Below, one piece after another: positions 9,843 through 20,093 of a DNA stretch of 64,000 bases (position 1 is the first letter of the stretch; every line of letters starts with the position of its first letter). The notes under the pieces were generated by a model. It was not told the origin of the DNA. It saw only the letters and a program-made list of their open reading frames with translations, and searched no databases. The stretch covers positions 32,001 to 96,000 of IMG/VR virus record IMGVR_UViG_2922690425_000004; one strand, 5' to 3'. The position numbers were made by a program, and so were the translations under genes. This stretch comes from a virus (Duplodnaviria > Caudoviricetes).

Positions 9843-10952
9843 TTATGCAAATTTATACAAACCGTAAGCTGCTGCTGTAATTAATTGAACATCGTAGTGT
9901 TGTGAAACAGAATAGCCTGTAGTTTGATCTGCATTATCTTCTGGTTTCGTTTGTGTAATCACTGTGTTTCCTTCGAATCCAATCTTGACCAACTTATCAG
10001 AACCAGAAGAAAGTACAATAGCGAAATCACCATCAATAGCAAAATCATCACTATTTGGTTTCAAACGTTGCCCAATTTCAAAAAGCTCTGTGCCTTGGAA
10101 ATTACCCAAATGTCCATTTTTATTAAACTCTTGTCCAAGACCAAATTGAAGGTATTGGTTCTCAGGTAGAATACGGGCAAGGGCAGTCTTAGTGCCAAAC
10201 ACTACACTCTTATCCGTATTATTTGCTGCGGAAACACGTTGGACTAGATTATTAAAGGCAGTTGAAGTAAATGCTGCGTTTTCTTTGAAATTTGCGCCCA
10301 AAGTATTAAAAGAATCGTAAATAGCAGAGTAAATTCGAGTAGTAATATCTGTTTCGATTGCTTGTGCTACACGAGCAACCCATGCGCCCCAATTTGTTTT
10401 ACCTGCAAGTACACGATATAACTCTTCATAAATTTCTACAGTACGGCGTTGAGCGGTGAGGGTCACGTCTTTTCCGAACAAACGTTGCCGTTGATTACCT
10501 CGTTGACCATTAGCTTTAGTACTAACGACAAACAAGTCTGGACTATCTACGTGAAACACCAGTTGATCGCCCCAGTTTACATTTTTAACTTCTGCGAACT
10601 GGTAAAAACTATCCAAAACTGTTTCAGGGATTACGATATCCAAAGTTTGAGCTACCAGAGCAAATGTTGCCCACTGGATATTAGGGTTAGAAGCCATCAT
10701 ACCTTCAGTAAAATTGGTATCAGACGGAATGCCTGCTAGACGGTAAGCTTCTTTTTTCAAGCCTTTGGTGAACAGTTCTTGTTTTGCATCAAGGGTTACG
10801 CCATCATTCGCATATTGAGCATACTTATTAAAACGACCATCTTTGTTGCGGTTTTGATAACAATAGTGGTACCAAGCTTCTACACCAGCTTGTACAACAT
10901 CTTTTTCATTTTGCGACATATTAAAAAACTTAAGGCTACCATAGTTTTTCAT
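9843..10952 (-). CDS. yonB: Major capsid protein
   Basis: 369 aa, FAEVKNVNWGD motif, strong GGAGG RBS, canonical position after scaffold and decoration genes. Confidence 0.75.
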   Translation of the reverse strand: MKNYGSLKFFNMSQNEKDVVQAGVEAWYHYCYQNRNKDGRFNKYAQYANDGVTLDAKQELFTKGLKKEAYRLAGIPSDTNFTEGMMASNPNIQWATFALVAQTLDIVIPETVLDSFYQFAEVKNVNWGDQLVFHVDSPDLFVVSTKANGQRGNQRQRLFGKDVTLTAQRRTVEIYEELYRVLAGKTNWGAWVARVAQAIETDITTRIYSAIYDSFNTLGANFKENAAFTSTAFNNLVQRVSAANNTDKSVVFGTKTALARILPENQYLQFGLGQEFNKNGHLGNFQGTELFEIGQRLKPNSDDFAIDGDFAIVLSSGSDKLVKIGFEGNTVITQTKPEDNADQTTGYSVSQHYDVQLITAAAYGLYKFA

Positions 10953-10981
10953 ACTAAATTAGTTCCTCCGATTATTATGTA

Positions 10982-11488
10982 TTAGGCTTCTTTAATTACT
11001 TGCAGTTTAGTTGCTGGAACACGAGAGCGCCCAACGGAAATAGTTGTTTTTTCAAGAACCAACAGCGCTACTTTAGTTGTTCCAAGGGTTGCGCTAGCAA
11101 TGCCTTTATATTTACCATCCTGTGGAATAACGTATTGATCCACAACTGTTGAGCCATCGATGCCGTCATCCGTGATAGTGAATGTGTCACCATTTTTAAG
11201 GCGAAATGCACGAGCAGGAGTATTAGCTTTATTGGTGAATAGAGCAGGGTCACTTACGTCAATTCGGAAGCCATTGACCTCTGGAATCTCTGGGCTTGCA
11301 ACCAACAGCACTTCTTGAGCAGCTACATCAGTTGGAGTTGCAGCAATACGAACTTCTGGGTTTCCTGCCAGCACTCCTTTTAGAACTACAAAGCTACCGT
11401 TATCAACCGCCTCAGGCAATTGAACAGACTGAATAAAGCTGTCTACTTTAGTACCAGCCATCAGATTAAGATTTACAATTGTACTCAT
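10982..11488 (-). CDS. Capsid decoration protein (YonC-like)
   Basis: VDNGSFVVL and ARAFRLKNGDTF motifs; directly upstream of capsid. Confidence 0.55.
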   Translation of the reverse strand: MSTIVNLNLMAGTKVDSFIQSVQLPEAVDNGSFVVLKGVLAGNPEVRIAATPTDVAAQEVLLVASPEIPEVNGFRIDVSDPALFTNKANTPARAFRLKNGDTFTITDDGIDGSTVVDQYVIPQDGKYKGIASATLGTTKVALLVLEKTTISVGRSRVPATKLQVIKEA

Positions 11489-11506
11489 TAAATATATTTC
11501 CTCCTA

Positions 11507-13027
11507 TTAATTGTTTTGTTGAGAAAGTCTATCCCAAACTGTTTTAGGTGTTTCTTTATTTTGCTCGCCATCATCTGGAAGTCCCATTGAAATAAAGTTA
11601 AAGTTCTTCGATTTGGTGGTTTCGATAATACGATCACATACGTAAGATTTAACTTCCTTTTCAAATTCAGAAAAAGTAGCAAATGAAGAACGCTTTTCTG
11701 TAAACTTAGCTTTTTCATCTTCGGTGAGAAGAGTAGGGTAAGAATTAAATAGCTCATCAATTCTTTCTACATCTTCAGCTTCTTTAAATTTTAAAATTTC
11801 TTTCTGAAGCTCGGTGATTTTCTCGTCTTTATTTGTAATTTGAGACTCTACTTCAGTAAATTTTTCTTGAATTTCTGTCAATGTTTGATTCAATGAAAGA
11901 ATGGCCTCATCTTTACTCTCGATTTTTTCAGTAAACTCAGCGACCAGCGTTTCTTTCTCGTTTTTTTCCTTGTTTAAGACTTCTGTTGCTTCGCTGCTAA
12001 TTAAATCGATAGTGGACTTAAAGGTGTTGATCGCATCATCGGCTTCATCTCCATCTACCCAATCTACAGGAGAATATTTAATTCTTGTCAGAGTGTTGAA
12101 ATCAATTACAACATTATCTCCTTGCATACTGTAAGATGCTTTCTTATACTTGTATCCATCTTGAACATCGCAAAGATAGATATAATTTTCATCAAAGTCA
12201 CTAAGATAATAAGAGCATCTTTCTACTGACTCTCCATACCAATTAGTACCTATGTATTTCTGTTTACTAAGGGCGTTATCAATCTCTTCGTATAATTGAT
12301 TAGTAGTCAATTTGAAAAGGGCTGCAATTTCTTTTTTGTTTTTTTGCAATTGGACATTATCCTCCTTACTTTTATCTGTTTGTGTATTAGCATCATTAAA
12401 ATGATGTAGAAATGAATTTAACTCTTTCATTTTTTTGGTAAAGTCATCATCCAAAGAAAAATGCTCAATTTTTGCGTGAGCGTTAATCATACCAGTGCCG
12501 TATTTATTGCCCAATAAAGTAACGCCAGTATACCTAAATGATCTAATATTCAATATTTTTGTCTCTTTGTTGTACTCAGATTCATCAATTACAATTTCGA
12601 TTGACAGCTTAGTTTCTTCTTGGTTGTTGATGATATCCATCTCATCTTGTGCGTAGACATTCCATATGTATCCATCTACAACTGCATAATTTCTCCCATC
12701 AATTTCTTCATAATGATAGTTGTTATTAACGGCAGAAATTACTCCGATGGGCTTTTCGATATATGTAATTTTATCTTCGTCTTCATCATATTCCATTTCA
12801 TGCTCACCAAAATCATCGCCTTCTATATGGGCCAAAATAGGAATATTAACGACAGATGATTCAGCATTTTTAAGAACATCGAAATCGATGTTACTTTTAT
12901 TGTTGTTTACACCATCATGAGATATCCACATTCTAAGTCTTGAAAATCTAGAATCGTTAAGAGGTTCGATTTCATAATTCTCGACGAAAAGAGTAGCTTT
13001 TTTATCCTTATTTTTTATAATTATCAC
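11507..13027 (-). CDS. yonD: Prohead protease/scaffold
   Basis: HDGVNNN, NIPILA, LSIEI and GVTLLG motifs with C-terminal coiled coil. Confidence 0.7.
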   Translation of the reverse strand: MIIIKNKDKKATLFVENYEIEPLNDSRFSRLRMWISHDGVNNNKSNIDFDVLKNAESSVVNIPILAHIEGDDFGEHEMEYDEDEDKITYIEKPIGVISAVNNNYHYEEIDGRNYAVVDGYIWNVYAQDEMDIINNQEETKLSIEIVIDESEYNKETKILNIRSFRYTGVTLLGNKYGTGMINAHAKIEHFSLDDDFTKKMKELNSFLHHFNDANTQTDKSKEDNVQLQKNKKEIAALFKLTTNQLYEEIDNALSKQKYIGTNWYGESVERCSYYLSDFDENYIYLCDVQDGYKYKKASYSMQGDNVVIDFNTLTRIKYSPVDWVDGDEADDAINTFKSTIDLISSEATEVLNKEKNEKETLVAEFTEKIESKDEAILSLNQTLTEIQEKFTEVESQITNKDEKITELQKEILKFKEAEDVERIDELFNSYPTLLTEDEKAKFTEKRSSFATFSEFEKEVKSYVCDRIIETTKSKNFNFISMGLPDDGEQNKETPKTVWDRLSQQNN

Positions 13028-13041
13028 CTCCTCAAAAGGAT

Positions 13042-14589
13042 CTAACGATTATTCAAATCTAAGTCTCTTGTCTTTGCACCATCATCACTAAGATCGTTAT
13101 CAGATACTTTTGGGCGACCGCTATCCTTATTACCGTTCTGCACGTGGGAACTGGAAAGGGGAACGAGATATTTTTCAACAAGGTTAATACTGTTTTCATA
13201 AGCCAACAGACTTTGCATATCTTCAGGGTTGATACCCATAGCCAAAGAGACCAATGTTTTAGAAAATCCAAACTGTCCAGCTTTAAGGTACTTTTCGAAC
13301 TTTTCATCTCTGTTGAACACTGTTATATCAGGAAAGACTACTTTATGACGATATTTTCCCGTTTTGCTTTTTAGATAACTGTTGATAAAACGCTCAAACT
13401 GGCGATACATATGAATTACATAACTTTCATCGACCTTGATTGATGCTTGAAGACCGGAAGCATTAACAGTCCCCGAACCAAATAATATAGGAGTAGAGCC
13501 AGCAGCTTGATAAAAATTATCCTGACTAAAACCAACTATGTTATTTTGAGTTTGTGATTGATTAAAATCCACCGTTTTTAACTCAAACGGGGTAGTGGCA
13601 ACTTTTACTCCATTCGGAACGCCAGCTTGGAGGATAGCAGTATATTGACCTGCAACATTTGGATCAATAGCAAAGTTATTAGCTACCGATGCCCCCTTGG
13701 TGTCACTCTTCATTGGAATTTGTCCAACAATTATCTTCCAAGTTTCAAGCTCGGTTTTTGTTTTCAGTAAACCTTTGTAATGTTCTATTTCGGCACTATC
13801 TAAAAATAACCCCATTAAAGGAGGAGTAAGCCCAGCTCTTGTTTCGTCGAATTTAAACACTGGAGCTTTTATAGGATCAAGAGGTTGCCAATAAAAATAA
13901 CGATCTTTTCTGCTCCCAGCATTGGCGAAGTCACTGTAATATTCACTAAATTCAGGAGCAAAATCGTTTATATTCACACCTGATTGTAAAAAATAATACA
14001 TATTAAAAGCATATTGATATCCATATTCAGTTTTATTGATGATTTTGCAGTATTTTGCTGGCATTTCTTGCAAAGCAACAGAATCACCGAACTCACGAAC
14101 ATAGTAAAATTTAGCGTCTTCTAAGATTACACCTTTTAAAATGTTTGGAAAGGTAGACTTGGGCGATATTTTTTCTACGATATCAACGGCTTTACGTCTA
14201 GATTTTTTAAAAGCAGTAGATTTCATATCCTCTTCATCTGCATTAGTTGCAACTATAAATGAGTCGAAGGTAGGTATAGTAGAATAGTAGTTAACTAATC
14301 GATTAAACTGCATTACTACATTAAAAAGATACTGACTTAAATCCTTTAAGGCATCTTCGTTTGCTTTTGGATTTTTAATCATTTCTTCAATCTTTTTTCG
14401 ATCAAATGTAGTAGGAGACATATTTAGGGATTTCAGCAATTCATTTTGCCATAGTGGACTAAATAGCGAACCACTTTGATAACTACTGGAGAGAGCTTTT
14501 GCAAATTGCAATGCATAATCTTCACTATTTTCTATTTTGGGTGGAGCTATGTTTACATTAGGCGTATCCTTGTTGTTTTTTCTTGTCAT
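13042..14589 (-). CDS. yonE: Portal protein
   Basis: 515 aa after terminase; PLSSSHVQ and GRPK C-terminal motifs. Confidence 0.7.
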   Translation of the reverse strand: MTRKNNKDTPNVNIAPPKIENSEDYALQFAKALSSSYQSGSLFSPLWQNELLKSLNMSPTTFDRKKIEEMIKNPKANEDALKDLSQYLFNVVMQFNRLVNYYSTIPTFDSFIVATNADEEDMKSTAFKKSRRKAVDIVEKISPKSTFPNILKGVILEDAKFYYVREFGDSVALQEMPAKYCKIINKTEYGYQYAFNMYYFLQSGVNINDFAPEFSEYYSDFANAGSRKDRYFYWQPLDPIKAPVFKFDETRAGLTPPLMGLFLDSAEIEHYKGLLKTKTELETWKIIVGQIPMKSDTKGASVANNFAIDPNVAGQYTAILQAGVPNGVKVATTPFELKTVDFNQSQTQNNIVGFSQDNFYQAAGSTPILFGSGTVNASGLQASIKVDESYVIHMYRQFERFINSYLKSKTGKYRHKVVFPDITVFNRDEKFEKYLKAGQFGFSKTLVSLAMGINPEDMQSLLAYENSINLVEKYLVPLSSSHVQNGNKDSGRPKVSDNDLSDDGAKTRDLDLNNR

Positions 14590-14613
14590 CGTTCACATCC
14601 TTTCTGTATAGAT

Positions 14614-16371
14614 TTATTGCGATATGTATAGGTAATCTAATACATTAAAGCTATCTTCTTCGCGTTTGAAATCTTCAAAATTCTTCAAATAATATAGGAC
14701 ATAAGCTAGAGCAGCCCAAATATCTTTCTCTGTTTTCTTTACAACTTGTTCTACACCTAATTTTCCACCTTGTTTTTGAACCAATTTCAGATTTGCTACT
14801 TGATCAATAAGTTGATCACTTTGAAAATGAGCTGCTTTAATCTGATTGATTTCTAAATCTTTATCTTTTGAGTTTTTTGGTTTATTGGTTAATTCAAGCA
14901 TTTTCTCTGGAATTAACAGCTTTAATCTACCGCTTTCAACAAAATCAATAAAATTAGTAATGATATCTGTTTGGATTCCTTGTGCTTTTAAACTATATAT
15001 TTTTTGAGGTGCTATACTATTTTGAGGTGATTCATCGGTATTGATGGTATCCCAGCTATCGTAAGGGTCATTCATAAGAGGGTCTAGGGTTTCCTTCATT
15101 AACTCTTCGACGACACCTTGACCTATACCGTTGGCATCGACTACAGTAACATTGCCTCCATAATGCCTATCTAATCTTTTAATAAACATGGCTTGTTCGT
15201 TGAAATTAGTTCCGTTTGGTGGAACGAAAATATTACATACTGTTGCAGTTTTAATGGTGCCATTTAAATTTCTTTCAACTTCCATCACTACGAATGCAGA
15301 TTTATTGTTGTTGTTTGACTGTGAACGTGCAATATCAGCTCCGATAAAGTATTCCCTATTTCTCTTTGGATTGATAGTCGCTTGTTTAATTGTGCGTAGC
15401 TCCATAAGTTTGTTAATATTCACAATAGCTCCATCACTTACTCCGCACCATCTAGACTCGTAGTTTTGAGCAAATGATATTGCGCTAGTAGTGGGGTCAT
15501 CCTTTTTAGCTAATATCTGCGCGCGCGTCTCACCCCTGCCGTAATGACAAGGTAATTCCCAACTTGCACCCAGTACTATTTTACCTTTAAGATTAGCCAT
15601 TTCATCGATCATGTTGTTTAGTCGAATGAATTCATCACTGCCGCGGTAGCCGCTAGTAGTTAAATAATTGATCATACCATTTAATTCATAGGGATTAATT
15701 GTAGATTGTTTACCAATGGTTCTTCTCGGTACATTTACTACAGGTTCCAAAGCGTCTTTAAACAAAGCATTGTTCAATAGTGCTGATTCCTCAACATTCA
15801 GTCTTCTTCTGCGCTGACCTTTCGAGTGTTGCGAATTCGCAAGGACACTATAAATTGCACCAGACGAAAAGACTACTTCTACTTGGTCTTTTGAGAAACT
15901 AGACTTTACAATTTCATTATTCATAAGTGGGAACCATTTAATTATTTCATTATGTTTCTCTTCGCTTATTGAAGAGGCATTTTCTCTTGTTTGAGCACTC
16001 ATAGCGATTGTGATGTCTGGGAAGTGAATGCAGGTGTGGTAAATACTCATCAGCTCAAGCATTGTTTTACCAAATCCACGGGGAAAAACACCATAGGTGC
16101 TAAGAAACCTACTCATTGAACGTAAAAAAACTCTTTGGTCAAGATCTAATCTCATACCACCTTTTTCCGGTGATATTAAGTCATAAAAAAGATCGGGGAA
16201 CCACTTACTCCATTGGATAAAAGTAATCCATTTTTCTAGATTCTTATCGAAGCTACTTTCTTTTTTTTCGTCTAGTTTTACACTGCTATTAAAATCGGGA
16301 TTGTTATTTGTTCTAGAACTCATTCTAGTATGCTTGAAATTATCGCTTTGAAAATTCTTATGGCTAGCCAT
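14614..16371 (-). CDS. yonF: Terminase large subunit
   Basis: PRGFGKT Walker A, VEESA Walker B, GADIAR and VDANGIG nuclease motifs, KDIWAAL. Confidence 0.9.
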   Translation of the reverse strand: MASHKNFQSDNFKHTRMSSRTNNNPDFNSSVKLDEKKESSFDKNLEKWITFIQWSKWFPDLFYDLISPEKGGMRLDLDQRVFLRSMSRFLSTYGVFPRGFGKTMLELMSIYHTCIHFPDITIAMSAQTRENASSISEEKHNEIIKWFPLMNNEIVKSSFSKDQVEVVFSSGAIYSVLANSQHSKGQRRRRLNVEESALLNNALFKDALEPVVNVPRRTIGKQSTINPYELNGMINYLTTSGYRGSDEFIRLNNMIDEMANLKGKIVLGASWELPCHYGRGETRAQILAKKDDPTTSAISFAQNYESRWCGVSDGAIVNINKLMELRTIKQATINPKRNREYFIGADIARSQSNNNNKSAFVVMEVERNLNGTIKTATVCNIFVPPNGTNFNEQAMFIKRLDRHYGGNVTVVDANGIGQGVVEELMKETLDPLMNDPYDSWDTINTDESPQNSIAPQKIYSLKAQGIQTDIITNFIDFVESGRLKLLIPEKMLELTNKPKNSKDKDLEINQIKAAHFQSDQLIDQVANLKLVQKQGGKLGVEQVVKKTEKDIWAALAYVLYYLKNFEDFKREEDSFNVLDYLYISQ

Positions 16372-17284
16372 TCACATCATCTTTTTCTAGGGTATTGTCA
16401 CTCATTTGACTTTCGTAATCTTCCGCTTTCTTACTATAAAAATCATAAATTTCTTTGTATTCACAGGAAGGGAGACCTCGTAGATCCCGAACATAATTAA
16501 TAAAGCACCATAACGTAACATCTACTTTGTCCTTAGGCTGCTCAATAAATTGCGGAAGGAGAGGCATTATTTCATAATTTTCTTCAACCATTCGTGCTAA
16601 CTGTCCAAAAGTATCTAAACCTCCAGATAAGTCTGCTTTACTCATTTGTGATGGCTTAAGCTTTCCTGCTTCAGCGACATCCTTTACCATTGCAGCCCAT
16701 TCTTTAGCTTCTTTGAAATTGCCTTTTGCTTTAGCAAGAGTTTCTTTTACTTTGTTAACACAAAATTCTCTAAAATATTCCTCATGCATCGTAGTCAAGA
16801 GTTGAAAACTAGTCTTTAACTGCTGATACTTATTTTCAAATAATGTATACTCTTCATCTGGATAGCCATAACCATACTTATCTTTTAGTTGATCTAGATT
16901 GTAATGTTCTTTATTAATTTGTTCATAATTAGTTTCATCTTTTTTTTCTTGTATTTTTGGGATGTCTTGTTCATCACTATCTTTCCAAGTTAGCTCTCTA
17001 TACTTTGGCAATCCAAGGGTTTTCATGTAAATACCAAAATGATCATGGTTTTTTATTTTAGCTTCTTCCTCAGAAGAGATCCATAAGCTATGTATGAATG
17101 GTCTGTTTATTTGCATTAGTATGTCTTTTGTGGTATCTAGATCTTCATAATTAATAGAATTTTTTAAACAGTTTTTACAAACACTCAACCGACCATCGCT
17201 ATCGAATTTATTATAGGATTTATAAAAATATGAAAGAGCCAAGCTCTTATTGCAAGAAATGCATAGCTTTTTTGTATCAGCCAT
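16364..17284 (-). CDS. yonG: Zn-finger protein, putative terminase small subunit
   Basis: CxxC...CxxC N-terminus; overlaps the terminase start. Confidence 0.65.
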   Translation of the reverse strand: MADTKKLCISCNKSLALSYFYKSYNKFDSDGRLSVCKNCLKNSINYEDLDTTKDILMQINRPFIHSLWISSEEEAKIKNHDHFGIYMKTLGLPKYRELTWKDSDEQDIPKIQEKKDETNYEQINKEHYNLDQLKDKYGYGYPDEEYTLFENKYQQLKTSFQLLTTMHEEYFREFCVNKVKETLAKAKGNFKEAKEWAAMVKDVAEAGKLKPSQMSKADLSGGLDTFGQLARMVEENYEIMPLLPQFIEQPKDKVDVTLWCFINYVRDLRGLPSCEYKEIYDFYSKKAEDYESQMSDNTLEKDDVNG

Positions 17285-17397
17285 TATTTCACCTTCTTTA
17301 CATAGAAGAACATAATAAAATTCCCATTTGATTGTGAAAAAGCATGGGGTAGGAGGGAGCAGCCTGTTTAAAGACGGAAAGTCTCCCCATGAGAAAC

Positions 17398-17428
17398 AAA
17401 TAATAAAAAGCCTGATAAGACTCAGGCA
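17398..17428 (-). terminator. Terminator upstream of yonG
   Basis: Minus strand GCCTGA-GTCTTA-TCAGGC followed by TTTTTATTATTT. Confidence 0.6.
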
Positions 17429-17457
17429 TTTGATTTATGTATTCCTCAGACTCTTGA

Positions 17458-17727
17458 TTATTTCAATTTATTCACAATCTTCGTAATTTCTTCAGGAGTG
17501 ACAATTTGTTTTGCTCTTTTGTCAGTTCGATTGCCATAAATAAATGCTGCTCCATCTTCAGCATAAAAAACTACTGCTTGCTTATTAATAACTGGGTATC
17601 CGTGTTCTTCTTCAATATCTACTTCTACAGTCTTTTTGTTTAGAGCGTACTGTTCAGCCAAGTCTTTTTCACTTACAACATGCAAAATTTGATATTTATC
17701 TAAATATGCGTACATTATTTCCTCCAA
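17458..17727 (-). CDS. Hypothetical protein
   Basis: 89-aa ORF; GGAGG suggests a start at the internal Met. Confidence 0.5.
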   Translation of the reverse strand: MEEIMYAYLDKYQILHVVSEKDLAEQYALNKKTVEVDIEEEHGYPVINKQAVVFYAEDGAAFIYGNRTDKRAKQIVTPEEITKIVNKLK

Positions 17728-17747
17728 TAATATGTATGAATTTTATT

Positions 17748-18938
17748 TTATTTTACTTCTTGTAAATTGATATCTATTTTGTATTCAATTCGTCCGTCCA
17801 CATCAAAAATATGCATCTTTTGCATTGCATCCGAATACATACGTTTACTGACGGCATAAGAATCTACGCCGCAAAGACTGCCATTAGAAACTACCGTTGT
17901 TCTACCGAAATCTTTAACAGTATCATGATGAATATGGCCTTGGAAGATGTATTGAGGTATTACGCCAAGGAATTGAGGTAATTGTCGGGCTGAGGTCGTT
18001 ACATGGTCTAAATCGCCATGCACATATATGTGAGGCTTTTCAAATGATTCATCGATAAAATAACCATCTTCACCTTTTAATAGTTCAATATTCTCTAATT
18101 CTCTAAGGCGAGTTTCCATATACCAAGGAATGATGTTTTCAAAGTTTTCTTTTAATATAGCTTCATTTTTACTTTGAAAAGTCCGACTATGATTGCCAAT
18201 TAGGTTTATGACTCTTACTTTTGGTACAAACTTAGCAATCTCTGCAACGGCTTCAGACAATCGCTCTGATATGTATTGAGTTTGAGAGATGACATCTTCA
18301 CTCTGTTCAATTCTTGAAGTAAGATGTATAAACCCTGCAATTTGATCTCCAATAGAAGCTATTGTTAATTCGTCAACATTGTGTTTCTGACAATAATAAA
18401 TCGTTTTGGATACAAGATGATTAAATCTTTTATCAAACACACGTGGATTGTATTTGTTTAAAGAGTTATCCGATTCTTGTCCATAGTGAAAGTCTGAAAA
18501 AAGTACGTTTGCGCGAATATAAGAGGGGCTTTCCTTGACAGGAGAGTAGGGGAGAGGCTTAACTTGTTCAAGTCGCTTAATGCCAGATGAAATTTCATCT
18601 TTTAAGTGTTCAAACTTAGCAATCATTTTGATTTTATTGTTGAATTCGCGTTTTTGGTCTTGAAATTGATATTTTTGCTTTTGTAATTCAATTGTTTTGT
18701 CTTCTATTTCGCGTCTATACTCATCAGTTGACGACTTTTTCACGCCAATTGAGATGCCACGAGTAAGTAAGTGGAACTCTTTGCGATATTTAGACTCTGT
18801 GAAATCCTCATTGAGATATTCATTCATAAGAGTCGCGATTTTACCCCAAGACAAGCTCAACTCGTCCTTACAGGAGCCAATTCGTATAAGGTATTCTTCG
18901 TATGTCTCGTTATCTAGTGATTTGAGAGGAGTCATCAA
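17748..18938 (-). CDS. yonJ: Calcineurin-like metallophosphoesterase
   Basis: SDFHYG, GD, GNH, HGD and GHIH motifs in order. Confidence 0.8.
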   Translation of the reverse strand: MMTPLKSLDNETYEEYLIRIGSCKDELSLSWGKIATLMNEYLNEDFTESKYRKEFHLLTRGISIGVKKSSTDEYRREIEDKTIELQKQKYQFQDQKREFNNKIKMIAKFEHLKDEISSGIKRLEQVKPLPYSPVKESPSYIRANVLFSDFHYGQESDNSLNKYNPRVFDKRFNHLVSKTIYYCQKHNVDELTIASIGDQIAGFIHLTSRIEQSEDVISQTQYISERLSEAVAEIAKFVPKVRVINLIGNHSRTFQSKNEAILKENFENIIPWYMETRLRELENIELLKGEDGYFIDESFEKPHIYVHGDLDHVTTSARQLPQFLGVIPQYIFQGHIHHDTVKDFGRTTVVSNGSLCGVDSYAVSKRMYSDAMQKMHIFDVDGRIEYKIDINLQEVK

Positions 18939-18946
18939 TACACTCC

Positions 18947-19141
18947 TTATTCTTCAATTACATGGCTTGGTTCAAAGTCGGAAGCAAGCGTCAGAGAGAG
19001 TGTGGTTCCATCAAATTCCTGTAGCAGTGATTTAACACCAAAAACTTGAACTCCATTTTTATCTTCATGTGTAATAGTCATGTCATCCATGTTAAACAAG
19101 CCAGTACGGTTAACTGTTTTGCTATCTTTATTTTTTGCCAT
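18947..19141 (-). CDS. yonK: YonK-family small protein
   Basis: 64 aa, NMDDMTITHEDK...LQEFDG; between HU and yonJ as in SPbeta. Confidence 0.65.
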   Translation of the reverse strand: MAKNKDSKTVNRTGLFNMDDMTITHEDKNGVQVFGVKSLLQEFDGTTLSLTLASDFEPSHVIEE

Positions 19142-19159
19142 ATGTATAGTTGCTCCCTT

Positions 19160-19550
19160 GGTAATTTTAATTTACGTAGCAATTACTTTTCTCTCTTGCA
19201 GAGAATATCATTATTCATAAAAGAGAAGAGGAGGTGATCAATCTCCTCAAACTTGGCATCTGGCTGCCTGTAATCGACAGCTGTGTTTCTGGTGAAATAA
19301 TAAATCAATTCAGGTCGGCGTATCCTGATCTCTGGTAACTTGCAGTTAAGCAAGCGCGTGGGGAGCCTTGACTCATATCTGGCTTGCGCCAACTTTACCA
19401 CTCACTCTTATATGGTGGTGAAACACCAATCTAAGACTATAACCTTATAGTGATTAATGGACAACTCAAAGCCTAATGTAAACACGGAATTGTGATTCCG
19501 CCGGAAGGGAGCGCCACGTTGCCCTATGGCGCGAACCAAATGGCTCTATA
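19160..19550 (-). ncRNA. Candidate structured RNA leader of the late operon
   Basis: GC-richer intergenic stretch with about 9 short hairpins (see findings). Confidence 0.4.
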
Positions 19551-19573
19551 TATGTATGTGAAACTTTATAAAA

Positions 19574-19897
19574 TTACTGTTTTACTTGGTCTTTTAGTGC
19601 TTTTGCTGCTTTGAATGCTGGCTTTTTAGATGCAGAGATAGCGATTGTGGCCTGTGCTTTGGCTGTTTCGGGATCAACGCCTTGTTCCTTGAGTTCGCCC
19701 AGCAATTTAGGATTAATGCCATTACGGGCTGCTGTCTCGCGCACTTCGAAAGTACCAAAACCTGCAATTTTGACTTCTTCGCCTGTAGCCAATGTATTTG
19801 TAATTGTTGTAAGCAATGTGTCAACCGTTGTCTCTACGTCTTTTTTTGTAAATCCTGTTGCTTCTGCAATCGATTTTACCAATTCTGTTTTATTCAT
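19574..19897 (-). CDS. yonN: HU-family DNA-binding protein with arm insertion
   Basis: MNKTELV, GFGTFEVRE, NP and PAFKA HU motifs. Confidence 0.9.
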   Translation of the reverse strand: MNKTELVKSIAEATGFTKKDVETTVDTLLTTITNTLATGEEVKIAGFGTFEVRETAARNGINPKLLGELKEQGVDPETAKAQATIAISASKKPAFKAAKALKDQVKQ

Positions 19898-20093
19898 AAT
19901 ATAATTATCTCCCTTAGATTTGTTTTGGTATATTTTAAAAAAGATAGAGTCGTCCGCTTATACTTAGCCTATAGCCTTTTTAAGAGCAACAATAATTTGG
20001 TTAACCTTTGCCATTCGGAAGTCTCTATCATATAGCAATAATTAATGAGCTCAAAAAAGCCAGTGTTTATATGTATTTTTTGACGATATTTAA

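Noticed and set aside
17405-17430. Hammerhead core (CTGATAAG)
   Set aside because: Lacks the CUGANGA/GAAA arrangement; it is a terminator stem.
19183-19401. 72-aa ORF in the ORF track
   Set aside because: No convincing RBS, atypical composition, and it overlaps dense hairpins; better explained as structured RNA.
19160-19550. Possible tRNA genes
   Set aside because: No T-loop GTTCRA in a cloverleaf context on either strand.
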